Assembly: GCA_010015805.1 (NCBI GenBank) | Contig: ML978122.1 | Location: 716,453 to 780,452 of the forward strand | Length of the DNA: 64,000 nt | Direction: 5' to 3' | Source: Rhizodiscina lignyota | Lineage: Eukaryota | In this document: piece by piece, positions 47,766 through 60,077 of the stretch | Layout of the letters: the number at the start of each line of letters is the position of its first letter | How positions within the stretch are numbered: the stretch's first letter is position 1 | Position numbers and translations under genes: made by a program | Notes under the pieces: generated by a model | Seen by the model: only the letters and a program-made list of their open reading frames with translations | What the model was told of the DNA's origin: nothing | Databases searched by the model: none

Positions 47766-49286
47766 AGTAAGTTATTGCTGTTAAATGCATGAAAGTGCCG
47801 TTACCATGCTGTTACTAATATTCTATCACAGTGGAATCTTCTGCAGAAATAGACCTCTACGGTATGCTCATTCTTCGAAATGCATATGAATTATAACTCA
47901 CAATTAATAGAGATCCTCGGCGTCACCTCTTCCGCGTCCAAAGCTGAAATCAAAAAGGCATATCACAAGGTACGCTATCCCGCTGTTGCTTGAAATCTCA
48001 TCGCGCTTCATATTAAGAGTTAAACAGGCCGCTCTTTCCTCCCACCCTGACAAAGTTGCCGAAGATGAACGTGAAACTGCGGAAATTCGCTTCAAAACCG
48101 TATCGGAAGCCTATGAGATCCTTTACGACGACGACAAGCGCCACCTCTACGACACACACGGCATGGCGGCCTTTGAAGCCTCGCGCGGTGGACCTGGCGC
48201 GGATGTAGACATCAACGATATCCTACAGCAAATGTTCGGCATGGGTATGGGTGGGATGCCTGGAATGGGAGGAATGCCAGGTATGGGAGGTATGCCGGAA
48301 ATGGGCGACCCAAGAGGAAGAAAGAGAAAGGGCAGGAATGAGGAACAGACGTACGAGGTTACGCTTGAGGAACTGTATAAGGGGAAAACGACACGATTTG
48401 CGAGCACGAAGAATGTGGTGTGTGGGGTGTGTCATGGGTCTGGTGGGAAAGAAAAGGCAAAGGCAATGAAGTGCACGATTTGTGGAGGTTCAGGTGAGAG
48501 TTTTACCTGGCTTATCAGTAACAAGTGGACTAATTCTATACAATAGGCTCGGTGACGGGAATACGGCAAGTTGGGCCAATGCTCACACAAGAAGTGTCCC
48601 AGTGCAATACTTGCAAAGGCTCTGGCAAGATCTACAAGGACAAGGACAAGTGCAAGAAGTGCAAAGGCAACCGAGTTGTGGAGCAGAAGAAAGTCTTAGA
48701 ACTATACATTCCTCGAGGCTCCAGAGAAGGCGAGAGGATAGTGCTGGCTGGAGAAGCCGATCAACAGCCAGATCAAGAACCAGGAGACATCATTTTCGAG
48801 CTTGTCGAAGAACCGCACGAGGTCTTCACGCGCGCAGGGCCAGATCTCTCAGCGGACATCCACATCACGCTCGCGGAGGCGCTAACGGGCTTCAACCGGG
48901 TTGTACTCACCCATCTCGACGGCCGCGGCATCCAAATCAACGTGAAGCAGCCAAAAGGTCGAATATTAAGATCGGACCAGGTCCTCATGGTGTCTGGAGA
49001 AGGCATGCCGATCAAAAAGACCGACGACAAAGGCGACCTCTATCTCATTGTGAAGGTTGACTTCCCGGAAGACGGCTGGATACAGAACGATGCCATGATC
49101 CAGAAGATCCGCGATGCGCTGCCTCCACCAGAAACAGCAATGTCGGCGGATGTAGTTGATGAAGTCGAATTCGACGCTGACGCGACCTTGGACGACTTCG
49201 GCGCTGGATCGGATGATCCAAGGGGAGGAGCCGCGTGGGAAGACGATGAAGAGGGTGCAGAGGGACCGCAGTGCGCGACGCAGTAG
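47766..49286 (+). CDS. Type I Hsp40/DnaJ (Ydj1/Xdj1/Mas5 family) with C-terminal CaaX; start codon split by intron 1
   Basis: Spliced MESSAEIDLYEILGV...IKKAYHK/AALSSHPDK (J domain), G/M-rich linker, CxxCxGxG zinc repeats, and C-terminus PQCATQ*. Confidence 0.92.
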
Positions 49287-50641
49287 AGCGCTATTGAATG
49301 AATCACGATAGCATTTGCATTGCTGGCGTTTGTTGGTATTCTCAGCCGGCTTTGGAGAAGAGACGAGACGTCTCAAGTATCTTAGATACCCTCCCCCTGT
49401 ACATACTCTCCGCTTGCTGCCAATTCGGTTCCAAAAAGAGTTCACTTTACCCCATACTTATCTACGCGCAATTTACAATCAATGTCATAATTGGTATCTG
49501 CTCCAAAGCTGACTCTGTTTCTCCAATCGGCTTTTCGCACATCTCTTACATCTTTGTGGTAGGAGCAGTTCCGCTTCGAGTTACATTCATAGCAAGACTA
49601 GTATCATTCTCAAACTTACATATATTTTTAATTTCAAAATGATGGGTTGGAATGAATTGGTTCTGACACGTCTCAGAGCGCGTATTTTACGATCACATTA
49701 TTGCACCGGCTTCTGGAAGCCATATTCAGCGTCCTGGGGTTCGGAAGGATCCCTTTTTGACGGCGAGGAACCAGATGTCCTCCTTCTTAATAGCAACGGA
49801 GACGTGAGCGGACGATAATATTACCAAGTAAAACTGTCGTCTTATACAAAAATATTCCCACATGCATAGCAAGGCTCATATCAAATAGGACATCTCGTCG
49901 TTCAACAGCCTACCCCTAAGCCAGGCATCAATTTGAGAATCGCCTATCAATTCATAGCAAGATTGCTCACCAAATCTAGCGCATCTATTGACTCCGTGTG
50001 GTCGCAAGGTAGAGGATCGTTGTGGTGATAAATGCTGTAAATGGTGTCGGTTAACCAGTTTAGACGGCGTGTGCATACGAACGACGCTTAAATCTACGCT
50101 GATGCAATTGAAAATTGGAATTTGACCCCGTTTTGAATTGACATCAGGAAGTCGAAGTAGACAGAGAGAGGTTTTGAGAAGGGTATTATATGAATGAGGC
50201 TTGCAGTCGGTATTAAATGGGATCCTTAGGACAAGGTGACCGCACCCACATCCTAGCCCCTTTAGCGCTAGGGCATTCCCGGCCTCGGTACAGAAGTACC
50301 CATATCACGGGGGTACTGGCACCTGATCGTATCCAGAACTGGGTGCCATGCCACCTAGAATTTAGGTACAATGCTTTTGCCTAAGTCCTCCGCAACTCAA
50401 ACTCCGCAACTCCGCAGGTCAAAATCCGCAGCATCAGCTTTGCGCCACTTAGCATAGAAGGCTACTTTCCGCCTTTTCCTCTCTTTCAGAAACAACTTTT
50501 CTCATTCATCGTATTATCGAAGCGTAGTTTCGGGCATTGCCTTGCCTGCATCTTGAGTACCTGTCCGCTTAGGATATTCTAGGTTCATCATATCATCAGC
50601 CACTTATTTTACTGGCACCAACCAATCTAGGAGAAGTCACT

Positions 50642-51571
50642 ATGCATACTTCCGAAAAACTTTCAATCCTCATAACAGGCTGCTCTCCAGGCGGCATGGG
50701 CGCAGCCTTGGCCATTGTCTTTCACAATGCCGGGCATCAGGTCTTTGCCACAGCGCGGAATCCGTCCAAGCTGAAGCCGCTCGCTGAGCAAGGTATCGAG
50801 ACGTTACCCTTGGATGTGACATCAGCGTCGTCCATTGCATCCGCGGTCTCTTCTGTCACCTCCTCCGTAACAGACGAGAGAGGTCTGAACATCCTCATCA
50901 ACAACGCGGCGAGCAGCTACAGCATGCCTATTGCAGACGTATCGCTCGACGCTGCAAGAGAGTTGTTCGATGTCAACGTCTGGTCGCATATCGCCGTCAC
51001 ACAAGCCTTCTTGCCTTTGCTGCTCAGGTCCACCTCTTCCTCCATCAACAAGACTGCTTCCACAGACGGCCACCCGAATCAGGCCATGATAGTGAATCAT
51101 ACCTCCGTAGGTTCCGTGACAGCACTACCCTTTCAGGGCATCTACAATTCGTCTAAGGCGGCACTCGCTATGCTCTCTGAGACGATGCGGCTTGAGCTGT
51201 CCCCCTTCGGAGTTCGCGTCATCGATCTTAAGACGGCGGGCGTACGAACGAATATCATCTCAAATAACAACGTCAATACCAAAGCTGAGCAGCTGCGAGA
51301 AGGATCGATATACGAGCCGGCCCGTGAGGTCGTTGAAAAAGCCATGTCTCAGGAAGGACTCAGCGACAGAGGAATAACGCCAGAACAGTGGGCGAATGAA
51401 GTGTCGGCGCTGTTGTTGAGGAAGAACCCGCCGGCTGTGATCTGGAGGGGAGAAAGCGCGCAAATAGCGCGTATCGCAAGCATGTTGCCGTCTGGGCTGT
51501 TTGAAGGGATGATCAAGAGAATGACAAAGCTCGATGCAGCAGAGGAGATCATCAAGCGAAGTAGGACATGA
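50642..51571 (+). CDS. Short-chain dehydrogenase/reductase (Ayr1-like), intronless
   Basis: ILITGCSPGGMGAALA, VFATARN, LINNAA and catalytic YNSSK. Confidence 0.92.
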   Translation: MHTSEKLSILITGCSPGGMGAALAIVFHNAGHQVFATARNPSKLKPLAEQGIETLPLDVTSASSIASAVSSVTSSVTDERGLNILINNAASSYSMPIADVSLDAARELFDVNVWSHIAVTQAFLPLLLRSTSSSINKTASTDGHPNQAMIVNHTSVGSVTALPFQGIYNSSKAALAMLSETMRLELSPFGVRVIDLKTAGVRTNIISNNNVNTKAEQLREGSIYEPAREVVEKAMSQEGLSDRGITPEQWANEVSALLLRKNPPAVIWRGESAQIARIASMLPSGLFEGMIKRMTKLDAAEEIIKRSRT

Positions 51572-51792
51572 GTCCGCACGGAAAGTATCGAATATGGTGT
51601 AACTCCAGTGATAAGGGCTGAAACTACTATCGTTACTACTTGTTTGTATATTAGCTCATCTTCTTCCCTCTCACCTTTCTCGATTAGAGTACTCTGGAGA
51701 GATTTTAGAGCACTGTGAATGCCCAGTGGAGCAACGAGTGAGAGAGAGGCGTGCAATAGCGCCGAAGCTCTAGCGGACTTCGTCGTGTTGCC

Positions 51793-53419
51793 TTAAATGG
51801 TGTCGTGTGCAGAGATGAACTCCTTTGTTTTGTCCGTTCCGATGTATCTATTAAGTAACGGTTAGTGTTGCTTCACGGCATGGACTTTCCGGAGTGCTGA
51901 CGCGCTCAAAAGAAGTGCTGCAAAGTCATCTACATCCTTGCCGCTGCCATACATGAGAAAGTCGTCGAATGCATAGTTTGTGATGATAAAGTGTGGTTTT
52001 TCGTTCCACATACGATCGAATTCTGACGAAGAATCCGAATCCCATAAATAACGGGAAAGAGTCCAGCGATGACTGTAAGCCCAAGGATCAGTACCGTCTA
52101 TGTTTGTATTAGCATAAAGACCGGATTTGTACGGATAGGCCTATGACCTTTGCTCTTCGGGTCCTTCATTAATTCATAAAGTGCCATGACAGAGTATGCC
52201 ATAACTATAGTCCTTCTAACGGATTCGGAGAATATCCACCTCTGCAAATTGTAAGAGCGATGAGCAAGAAGAAATTTATCAAGTCGGATCAGCCCTCACC
52301 TCCCAGTCCTCTGGTACCTGTTTTCTTTTCATACTTTGTAACTGGGCCGCATCTCCCAGATTGTCGCGTACTTCGCACAGATCACTGAGCCAGGTCTGGA
52401 ACAGTAGCATGTCCCTCTCGCCTTGTGCACGCAGAAAGACGTCTCCATCAAATAGACGAATAATCTGGTACATAAACAACGCCTGTGCACGCGCAAGCTT
52501 CTGTGCTGGCGTTGCCATAATGCGGCTGGTCTCAGCGTCCAAGAGTTCCCGTACGTTATTGTGAAGAGCTCGCATCACCATTGCCGTATTCTCGCGTGTG
52601 CGCTTCGTATAGAGTACATTAATAGAGAAGCAAGACAAGATACATTGCGGCACATGGTCTTTATAAAGGTATCGATGTAAGAATGGCGTGGCGTTTCGAT
52701 CAGCAATCTCGGACGAGAATCCCTTCACACGACCCACAACGTAGTGCAGTAGTGCTTTGGGGTCATGGAGATGCCATGGATCGATATGATTCTGGGAAAC
52801 AACCGTCAACGCTCGTAAACGTACTGCGAACGGTAGTTTTGGCATAGGATATCTGATATGCCCTCGAAAGACGTTGTAGATTGAGACTCACACAAAAGTC
52901 ACCCATCTTTTGATATGCCATCGCATTCTTCATGTCAAGTGGACTGCTAGGACGTTCGAATGCTGGACTTTGGTCGAAAGACACGAGTAATGGATGCCCA
53001 GGTGACATACTTCCACTGCTCATCCAATTTGTGAACAGAGACATAGGGTCATCAGCTATGCCAGCCGCAGTCGTGCTGGAGATCGGAATAGATTCAGACC
53101 TAGCGGCGATAGTAGCGTATGGCCTAACATCCGTCGGCGTAGCCTCGAGAGGTTCCAGATTTAGTGACTGGCGAGAAGCAAGTAGCGGGCATATGAGATG
53201 TTCATTTGATAGTGGAGCCGCACCCGAAGACTGCCTAGCTATCTGGTTCATGAGCTGTCCAGGCGTTTTGGACCTTGTATAGATGCAAGGTATATTTTTC
53301 TTTGCACATCTAGAACATATCGGTGTCCGCCTGTCGCATCGCCTTTTGCCCTGAACGCAGCCATTGCAATTTTTCTGTCGCGATGCCGGTACATTAGCTC
53401 CTGTCTGTAAAATTTCCAT
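51793..53419 (-). CDS. Zn(II)2Cys6 transcription factor, multi-exon
   Basis: RQKNCNGCVQGKRRCDRRTPICSRCAKKNIPC. Later exons encode TPFLHRYLY, LARAQALFMYQIIRLFDGD, WIFSESVRRT and HRWTLSRYLW. Stop at about 51793. Confidence 0.85.
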
Positions 53420-53936
53420 TACAGTCAGCTCAAAGCAAGATCATTGGATCGGCTGCAATCGGCTCAGGGGGAACCTAGCAGAATACAGATGGGAAACAAT
53501 AATGGGCACAGTTGGAAGGCGGCTACTTTCTTGTAGTCACTGTACGAGTATGGTGTGCGATTGTAGAGATATAACTTGTGCAAAGAAACCGGAGGATCTG
53601 AAAGTTCTTGCCTGTTCCGGGCGGAGGCGAGTTGAGGTGAGTGAAGACAGGACAGCAAATTTCGGTAGATCTCCGGCTTCATAGCAGCCGCTCGGTAAAA
53701 CTACGGTAGGTATTCTAGATGTCACTTGGCTTGGTCAGGACATCTCTGCTGAAGTTATCCCCTGAACGACCGAATATTCCTAAAGGCTTGTTCCTCTCCG
53801 GAAAACCAGGTTCCTCCATCGTCAGTGCCCCAAAGTGTGCTGATGGCTACTATCATCAATTACCTGTTTCACTTATCTCATTTATTTTACCTTCCAACCT
53901 CCACGGTCCAGTCACGATGCGAGATATGGCAAAAAC

Positions 53937-55832
53937 ATGGATTCTGCAAGCAATAATTTTCTATACACACAGCTCTCAGACTCGCCTTTCCAAATTCGTC
54001 TCCTTCATATCCTTCCCGGAAGTTTTGAAGCCCGAATTCAGTGCTATCTAAAAACTTTTACCGCTGAGTCTTGCATTCAATATGAAGCCCTCTCCTACGT
54101 CTGGGGGGATCCAAACATCACTGAGTCGATTAAACTTGGTCAGTACATGGATAACCACGCTAGGCTGAAACGGTCTACAATACGAGAAAGAGATCCAATT
54201 CTATTTCATTACTTCCATGTCACAACCAATCTAGAGGCCGCTCTCAGACATTTACGGCTGAAAGAGAAAGAGAGGATCATCTGGATAGATGCAATATGTA
54301 TCGACCAAGGAAACAGAAAAGAGCGTGAGCTACAGGTGCAGAACATGGGTAAGATTTACGCAAGAGCGGCGAAGGTGGTTGTCTGGCTTGGCAAGTACAA
54401 AGAGGATTCCGATCTGGAGGTTGTTGCAGAGTTCGAAGAGCATTTCAAGATCGGTCTTGCGCCAAAATGGGCGGAGACACATGCATCGGATGTCGCCGCG
54501 CATATAACAGGGGAAGGCAGTCAACAAGAGATCAATGAAGCGTTTGCTTGGGTCCAAACCCACGGAGAGGAGTTTGGAAAAGTTGATTGGTCAACTCGGG
54601 ATTCCATCTCCAGCCATCAAGACATAATTCTGAGCAAGAGAGCACTCCTGGGGATGAACGTACTCTGCCACAGAAATTGGTTCGGTAGATTGTGGATCAT
54701 ACAAGAAGTGATGCTTACGTCTGCCGTTGTGGAGATATGCTGTGGCATGAGCACCTTCGATTTTCACCTCTTTCTGGACACAGTGATGAATTTGTATCGG
54801 TACCTGCGACCACTTGGCGCTCCTACCGTGTCTCTAGTCGGTCCTCTCAGCCTCGACATGATCCGACAGGATCTGAGTCGAAATTTCGAGCATACGAAGC
54901 CGGCGGACAGAATCATTAAAATCATGCAGCAAACATCCGGAACGTTCACTGCCACGGAGCCTCGGGATAAGCTCTATGGAATCTTGGGTCTAATCGGTGA
55001 TGCGAGCGAGTATCCCATGCTTCGCCCCGATTACAGCAAGACTCTTATTGATTTCTATACCGACTTTGCAACCTTCCTGATTGTGGAGAGCGGCACTGTT
55101 TCAATTCTTCAAGGAACGCCTCCAGACCTTGATGGACTACCATCTTGGGTCCCAACGTGGAGTACAAAGATAGGCTCGCATTTCGAATCTTTCGCAAAGC
55201 TGAGAAATATTGCTTCTTTTAGCTTTTCTGCGAGTGGAAACAAACTGGATCTTAAAGCGATGGACTTGGGAACAAATCTGCTGGGATTCCAAATTGAATC
55301 GCATAGTTCATCCGACAAAACAGCATTGGCAGAGCAATTGACGGAGCTCGAAAAGGCTCTGTGCCAACATCCGGTGCTAATTGAACAGCACGGAAGTCCA
55401 GAAGAGGTGCGAGACGTGCTGGCAGAATTCATTGTCGGCCTTTTTGCGTGGGGTGACAGCATCGACGATGTCATCGAGCAGTATAAAATATTCCTTGGTC
55501 ATTCGCAATGGCCTGGGATGCTTCGGAACCCTAGCTTGACTGAGGTAGAGGACATCGCTCTTTTTACAATGCTGGTTTTAGCAAACCTGCCCTTTCAAAT
55601 CTCGCTGTTGTCGACCGGTCACATTATGGGTACTCGTAGCACTTTGACCCTCGACCCACAGGATCGAGTTTACCTAGTGCCTTCATGTGAAGATCCACTG
55701 GTACTGAGGCCAGCAGGAGACGGCTATCGCATCATTGGAGTCTGCAGTGTCTATGACATTTCTTTTCTTTCAGAGGATGATCATCTCCAGCTTTTTCATG
55801 GCGCCGAGCTAGAAGACATCACAATCATATGA
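53937..55832 (+). CDS. HET-domain (PF06985, HET-6-like) heterokaryon incompatibility protein, intronless
   Basis: QIRLLHILPG, YEALSYVWGDP, VTTNLEAALRHLR, IWIDAICIDQ, QVQNMGKIYARA, WFGRLWIIQEV, ATEPRDKLYGILGL and LPSWVPTWS. Confidence 0.93.
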   Translation: MDSASNNFLYTQLSDSPFQIRLLHILPGSFEARIQCYLKTFTAESCIQYEALSYVWGDPNITESIKLGQYMDNHARLKRSTIRERDPILFHYFHVTTNLEAALRHLRLKEKERIIWIDAICIDQGNRKERELQVQNMGKIYARAAKVVVWLGKYKEDSDLEVVAEFEEHFKIGLAPKWAETHASDVAAHITGEGSQQEINEAFAWVQTHGEEFGKVDWSTRDSISSHQDIILSKRALLGMNVLCHRNWFGRLWIIQEVMLTSAVVEICCGMSTFDFHLFLDTVMNLYRYLRPLGAPTVSLVGPLSLDMIRQDLSRNFEHTKPADRIIKIMQQTSGTFTATEPRDKLYGILGLIGDASEYPMLRPDYSKTLIDFYTDFATFLIVESGTVSILQGTPPDLDGLPSWVPTWSTKIGSHFESFAKLRNIASFSFSASGNKLDLKAMDLGTNLLGFQIESHSSSDKTALAEQLTELEKALCQHPVLIEQHGSPEEVRDVLAEFIVGLFAWGDSIDDVIEQYKIFLGHSQWPGMLRNPSLTEVEDIALFTMLVLANLPFQISLLSTGHIMGTRSTLTLDPQDRVYLVPSCEDPLVLRPAGDGYRIIGVCSVYDISFLSEDDHLQLFHGAELEDITII

Positions 55833-55993
55833 GCACCGAGTCACCAACTTTTCGGAGAAAATGAATCGAACCATCCTCTTCAACACGAATTACACATTAA
55901 CTATCTGCGTCATGGGTCCCATCAAAACCGAGGATATCAACTCATGAATTCAACTCCGCGCTATGCAATCCGAACCCGACAATTTGTGGTATC

Positions 55994-57447
55994 TTAAAAG
56001 GCGTAGAGCGCCGCTAAAACAAACATAATAAACGCTACCAGAGCATTCTCGCCTCCAAAGCGAGACCCCGGTGAGGAACTGTTCCCAGTCGCGCTTGCGC
56101 TGGCACTTGCGCTACCACTGGCACCACTGCTACTGCTGGCACTGCCGCTACTCGTGGCACTAGCAGTAGTTGAAGTACTGTTCGTCAGGCCTGACGTGCC
56201 GGCTGCAAGCGGGATGGTCGAAAGAGGACTGCTCTCCGTTGAGCCCTTCACTGTGACGGAACTAATCGTCGGTTTCGAATGCGTCGTCGTGGCCGCTGGG
56301 GTAGTGGAGACGGACTTCGTAGTCGATGTTGAGCTAGACGGACGGTCAGAAGACGATGAAGTTGCAAGCGGCTTGGGTGTAGACGACGATGAGGTTGCAG
56401 GTGGTTTGGGAGCGGAAGATGATGAGGTTGTAGGTGATTTGGGTGTAGAAGACGATGAAGTTGTAGGTGGCTTGGATGCAGAAGACGATGGGGTTGATGG
56501 GGGTACCGACGATGAGGTTGATTGGGGTGCCGAAGACGACGACGACGACGACGACGACGGCGTATCGGACGGGGCAAACACACCGCCACTTCCATTTTCA
56601 ACCTCGACGCTGCTAGCATCTCCCGTCTCGTCCTTGTATAGGTACGATGAACCTGGAGAGTAATTCTGAATCGTGACGGACTGCACAGTCATTGTGAACG
56701 GCGCTTGGGAGAACACTGTCTCACCACCAGCCCACTCAATGGTACCCTCTGGGTTCGACGGGTCACCGCCAGCCCAGATCCCGAGCCTGCAGCGCATTGG
56801 TGTCTGCGGAAAGTGCACACCACCATCAGCTTCGTCTGGCGTGAGCGTCCGCACAGCAACACCATCGATGATCCAAGTGATGGCGTCTGCTGTCCAATTT
56901 ACCGCGTACGTGTGGAACTGAGTCTGTGGAGAAGCAACAGGGAACCAGACCGCACGGTCGTATGTACCAGTGTATCCCTTGCCGAAGTAATTCGTTTGTG
57001 TCTGGGTGGTATCGCCACCAGTGAACTCCCAATCTATCTCGTCGTTCACATCAGAGAGCATGACAATGCTGCTCACGATGCCTGTGCCTGTCGCCGCCCT
57101 CATCTTCACTTCCAAGTAGCCATAGAAGATGTAGAAGTCGGTCTGGATTGTGGGAGCATCTCCTTCCTTGTTAATGACAAATTCGGCGCCACTAGAGTCG
57201 AAGGATACGGAGCCGGCGGTCGTTTTCCAGCCATTGAGGGAGCTGGAGCTCGTCCATGTGGAGGAGAAGGAATTGGTGTTTAGAGCAGTGTCAGCAGGGC
57301 AAGAAGCTGTAAATACTGTTAGCTGCAGTTCACATATCTGCTTGCGGTCTAAGACTTACGAGTTGAGAGTGGGTTACATGTCGTTGTCGCCGATTGAGCT
57401 AGGCATACTGGCAGTGTTACAGCGAGTACGCTGAGTAGACTTCGCAT
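55994..57447 (-). CDS. GH16 Crh-family chitin transglycosylase, GPI-anchored cell-wall protein, 2 exons
   Basis: Signal peptide MRSLLSVLAVTLPVCLA, TCNPL/SCPADTAL, FYIFYGYLEVKMRAA, catalytic DEIDWE, S/T-rich stalk and a hydrophobic GPI tail. Confidence 0.93.
56349..56558 (-). repeat. Coding 33-nt degenerate tandem repeat (PKPPxTSSSSx) plus a (GAC)n poly-Ser tract in the Crh stalk
   Basis: About five units of gacgatgaRgttgYaggtggYttggg at a 33-nt period, followed by (gac)8. Confidence 0.8.
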
Positions 57448-58679
57448 GGGGTATAGCATATGGAATTGTGACAATTGTGGAAATGTCTGACGATAAGGTA
57501 GAGCGTGTGAGATGCAGGAGGTAGCGAGAGAATCGAAGTCCAGAAACGAGAGTATAGCAGGACAAAGACAGTGAGCTGGTGGAAAACTGGAATGCAAAGT
57601 TTTCTTTCACAATGGTTTGTGAAAAGACCTAGCTTGTCCGCTTTCCCTTATGTATGAGGCACATGCACACCTCTTCGAACAGCCCCACACCGGGCCCCAA
57701 CCACCGAGAGCAGCTGATGACGCAGCTCGGACTCGCGAATCGCTTGCGTTGCCGCGGTAGTATCTCCACCGTATTGGTCTCTTCGAGAACGTACCACTTG
57801 CGGCCATCGTCGATATGATGTAGCATCGCCGTGAAAACAAGGACACGAAAAACTTCCGAAACAGTCGTCTCTTCACGAGAGAGGAACCCTACGTGAGCAC
57901 GTTCATGCGACCGCGAGGCGCAGCAGTAATGGGTGTGGCGAGAAGATCAAGTGAGGTGGTTAGAGAAAGGGTGTGGCCCCCTTGTCCCTTTGTCTTACGC
58001 GGCGTTCTTAGCGTTAGCGGCATAGGGATCGGTCTCCACCGAGGCCCGTATTTACCCACCACTCACGCGATGTGTGGCTGTGCACCAATAGATTCGATTC
58101 AATTCAATATTTCCTCTGTGAAGGTCAAAGAGTTTTCATAAAGCTCGTCGCTATATGCGTATTTTTTCATATCACGAGGACAATAAGGGGGAAATGAAGA
58201 GTGAGCAAATCTTCAAATTACCTCGCAGCAATGGAGGAAACCATACTGTAAACAAGTCGCAGCACTAACTCCATCTGGCTCTAGTCACGTCCCAGCTTGT
58301 AAGTGAAAGAGACCGTTCGTCCTACGATGCTCCGTCCTTGCCACTTGCTTGGGACTGAAGATGGTTATTGTTAGGGCTTTGAGGACCTGTTAAGCTGTTA
58401 GAGTACTCCACCAAGATCAGTGGTTCCGAAATGCTTCTGAAACGCCCGGCTGCGCCTGGAATTCGAGTTGAAATGTCGTACCGAGTAGATGGAATATCTG
58501 CTAAGTAAAAGTCTTTTCCCAAACCAGGCCTAGATACATTTACTAATATCACCAAGAAAGTAATAATAGAAAAGCATACGTGACGAAGTTCGTCGAATTA
58601 CGTGGCAACGATTGGAAGGGCCGACCGTAGCCCGTGAACGCCCTTCCGCTCCGGTTCAGTCCTGGTGATTTACTGCCGA

Positions 58680-60077
58680 CTAATGTCCTGCCTTGAAAGA
58701 GAAAAGCTCGGGACGGACTGCGAGTATCTCCTCTTCGTCTTCATGACCATAGAGCGTCTTCCATGTGGGACGCATCTCCTTTGGTGGCTCCCAATTGATC
58801 CGATTGCGCTCGTCCCGTAGGATCAAGCGAAGCAAGTAGCGCTTCGTCGTGTTCTCGAGCTCATTACCATCCACAAAACCATCACGGGCGTGCATCATTC
58901 TAAGGTTGTTAAAGAAGATCATGTCACCACTTCGAAACTCGAAACAGCGAGCCACCTCTTGACCCGCTGCATGCAAAGCATTGAGAGCCTCGACTTGCTG
59001 AGCGGAGAGAGGTGGTAGTGAAGGCGGCCGAGGTCGGGCGATAGTTCCAAACAAACGCGATCGTGACGCTTGTATCGCCATCTGACCGGAAGGCAAGGTA
59101 AATAGAAGGGGGCGCGCGTCGTAATCGCCATCTGCTTGAGGACTGAGAATTGTCGTTAGGTGATACTTCGGAATATTGCTAGGGTCGGAAATACGAGGGA
59201 CTCACTTCACCACGATCCATGACTTGCGAAGCGTTTCCACAAGGTCTGGTCGGGTTTCTGAAATTCGGCTCACAATATCATGAATATCTGCCAAATAGAA
59301 GTCTCCTCCTGAGGCGGGCCTGGACAATGTGTACAATGAGAGAATGTCGCCGTAGTCGTTATGGAAAGGCTGCTGATGGTTAAGTTCAATTACTGCGATG
59401 GCACGATGGCTCTTACGATTGGCATGGTTCTGTTCGCAGGACCTCTATATATGGTGTTCTCCGTTTCAGGAAGGATATCGAGATTGGTGATATGATCTGA
59501 ATATACGTTCAGTGGAGAATGTCTGATATCTTCAGAGTACATACGGAGAACATTAGGATCTCCCGCAGCCATTGCCCGCTTCGATCCCACATGACTGGCA
59601 ATCCCCGTGTATATGATGACATTCTTGCATTTGCTGAACCACTGTGGTTTGAGGCCTCTGATGAGGAAGTATGGCTGCCGATCTGACAGTGCAATGCTCC
59701 GCTTTCGAATCTTCAATGATAATTTCGGAAGGGGGAAGTGCCGCGCCTGCAGCTTGTTCAGAGGCAACTTCGTACCTGCAGAATTTCCAGAGTCAACGAC
59801 GTCGTGGCAACAGCGAGAATTTAATCCAACCTTCGAAATGCTGGACAGCATCCTCAATTTCGTTAAGATCATCAAGAGAGAGCTGAAGGATCCAAGGTTC
59901 ACGCTTCTCTTCTCTATCATGCGAATCAATGCTTTGAGCTCCCTCGGTTAGCCAAGTCTTCTCGGAAACTACTTGTCGATGGTGAAGTCGTAGAGCGGCT
60001 CGCAGTTCTCTGATGGAGTCTGCAGATGGCGTGTAGCCAGATGTGTCGCCGAATGGGCCTTCAGCATGGGGGGCCAT
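58680..60077 (-). CDS. TauD/clavaminate-synthase-like Fe(II)/2-oxoglutarate dioxygenase, 5 exons
   Basis: YFLIRGL, NVIIYTGIASHVG, HITN, facial triad PFHNDYGDILSLY ... FFNNLRMMHARDGF, and KRYLLRLILRD. Confidence 0.87.

Noticed and set aside
48247..48306. 18-nt tandem repeat in the DnaJ gene
   Set aside because: It is the ordinary GGMPGM linker of type I Hsp40 proteins.
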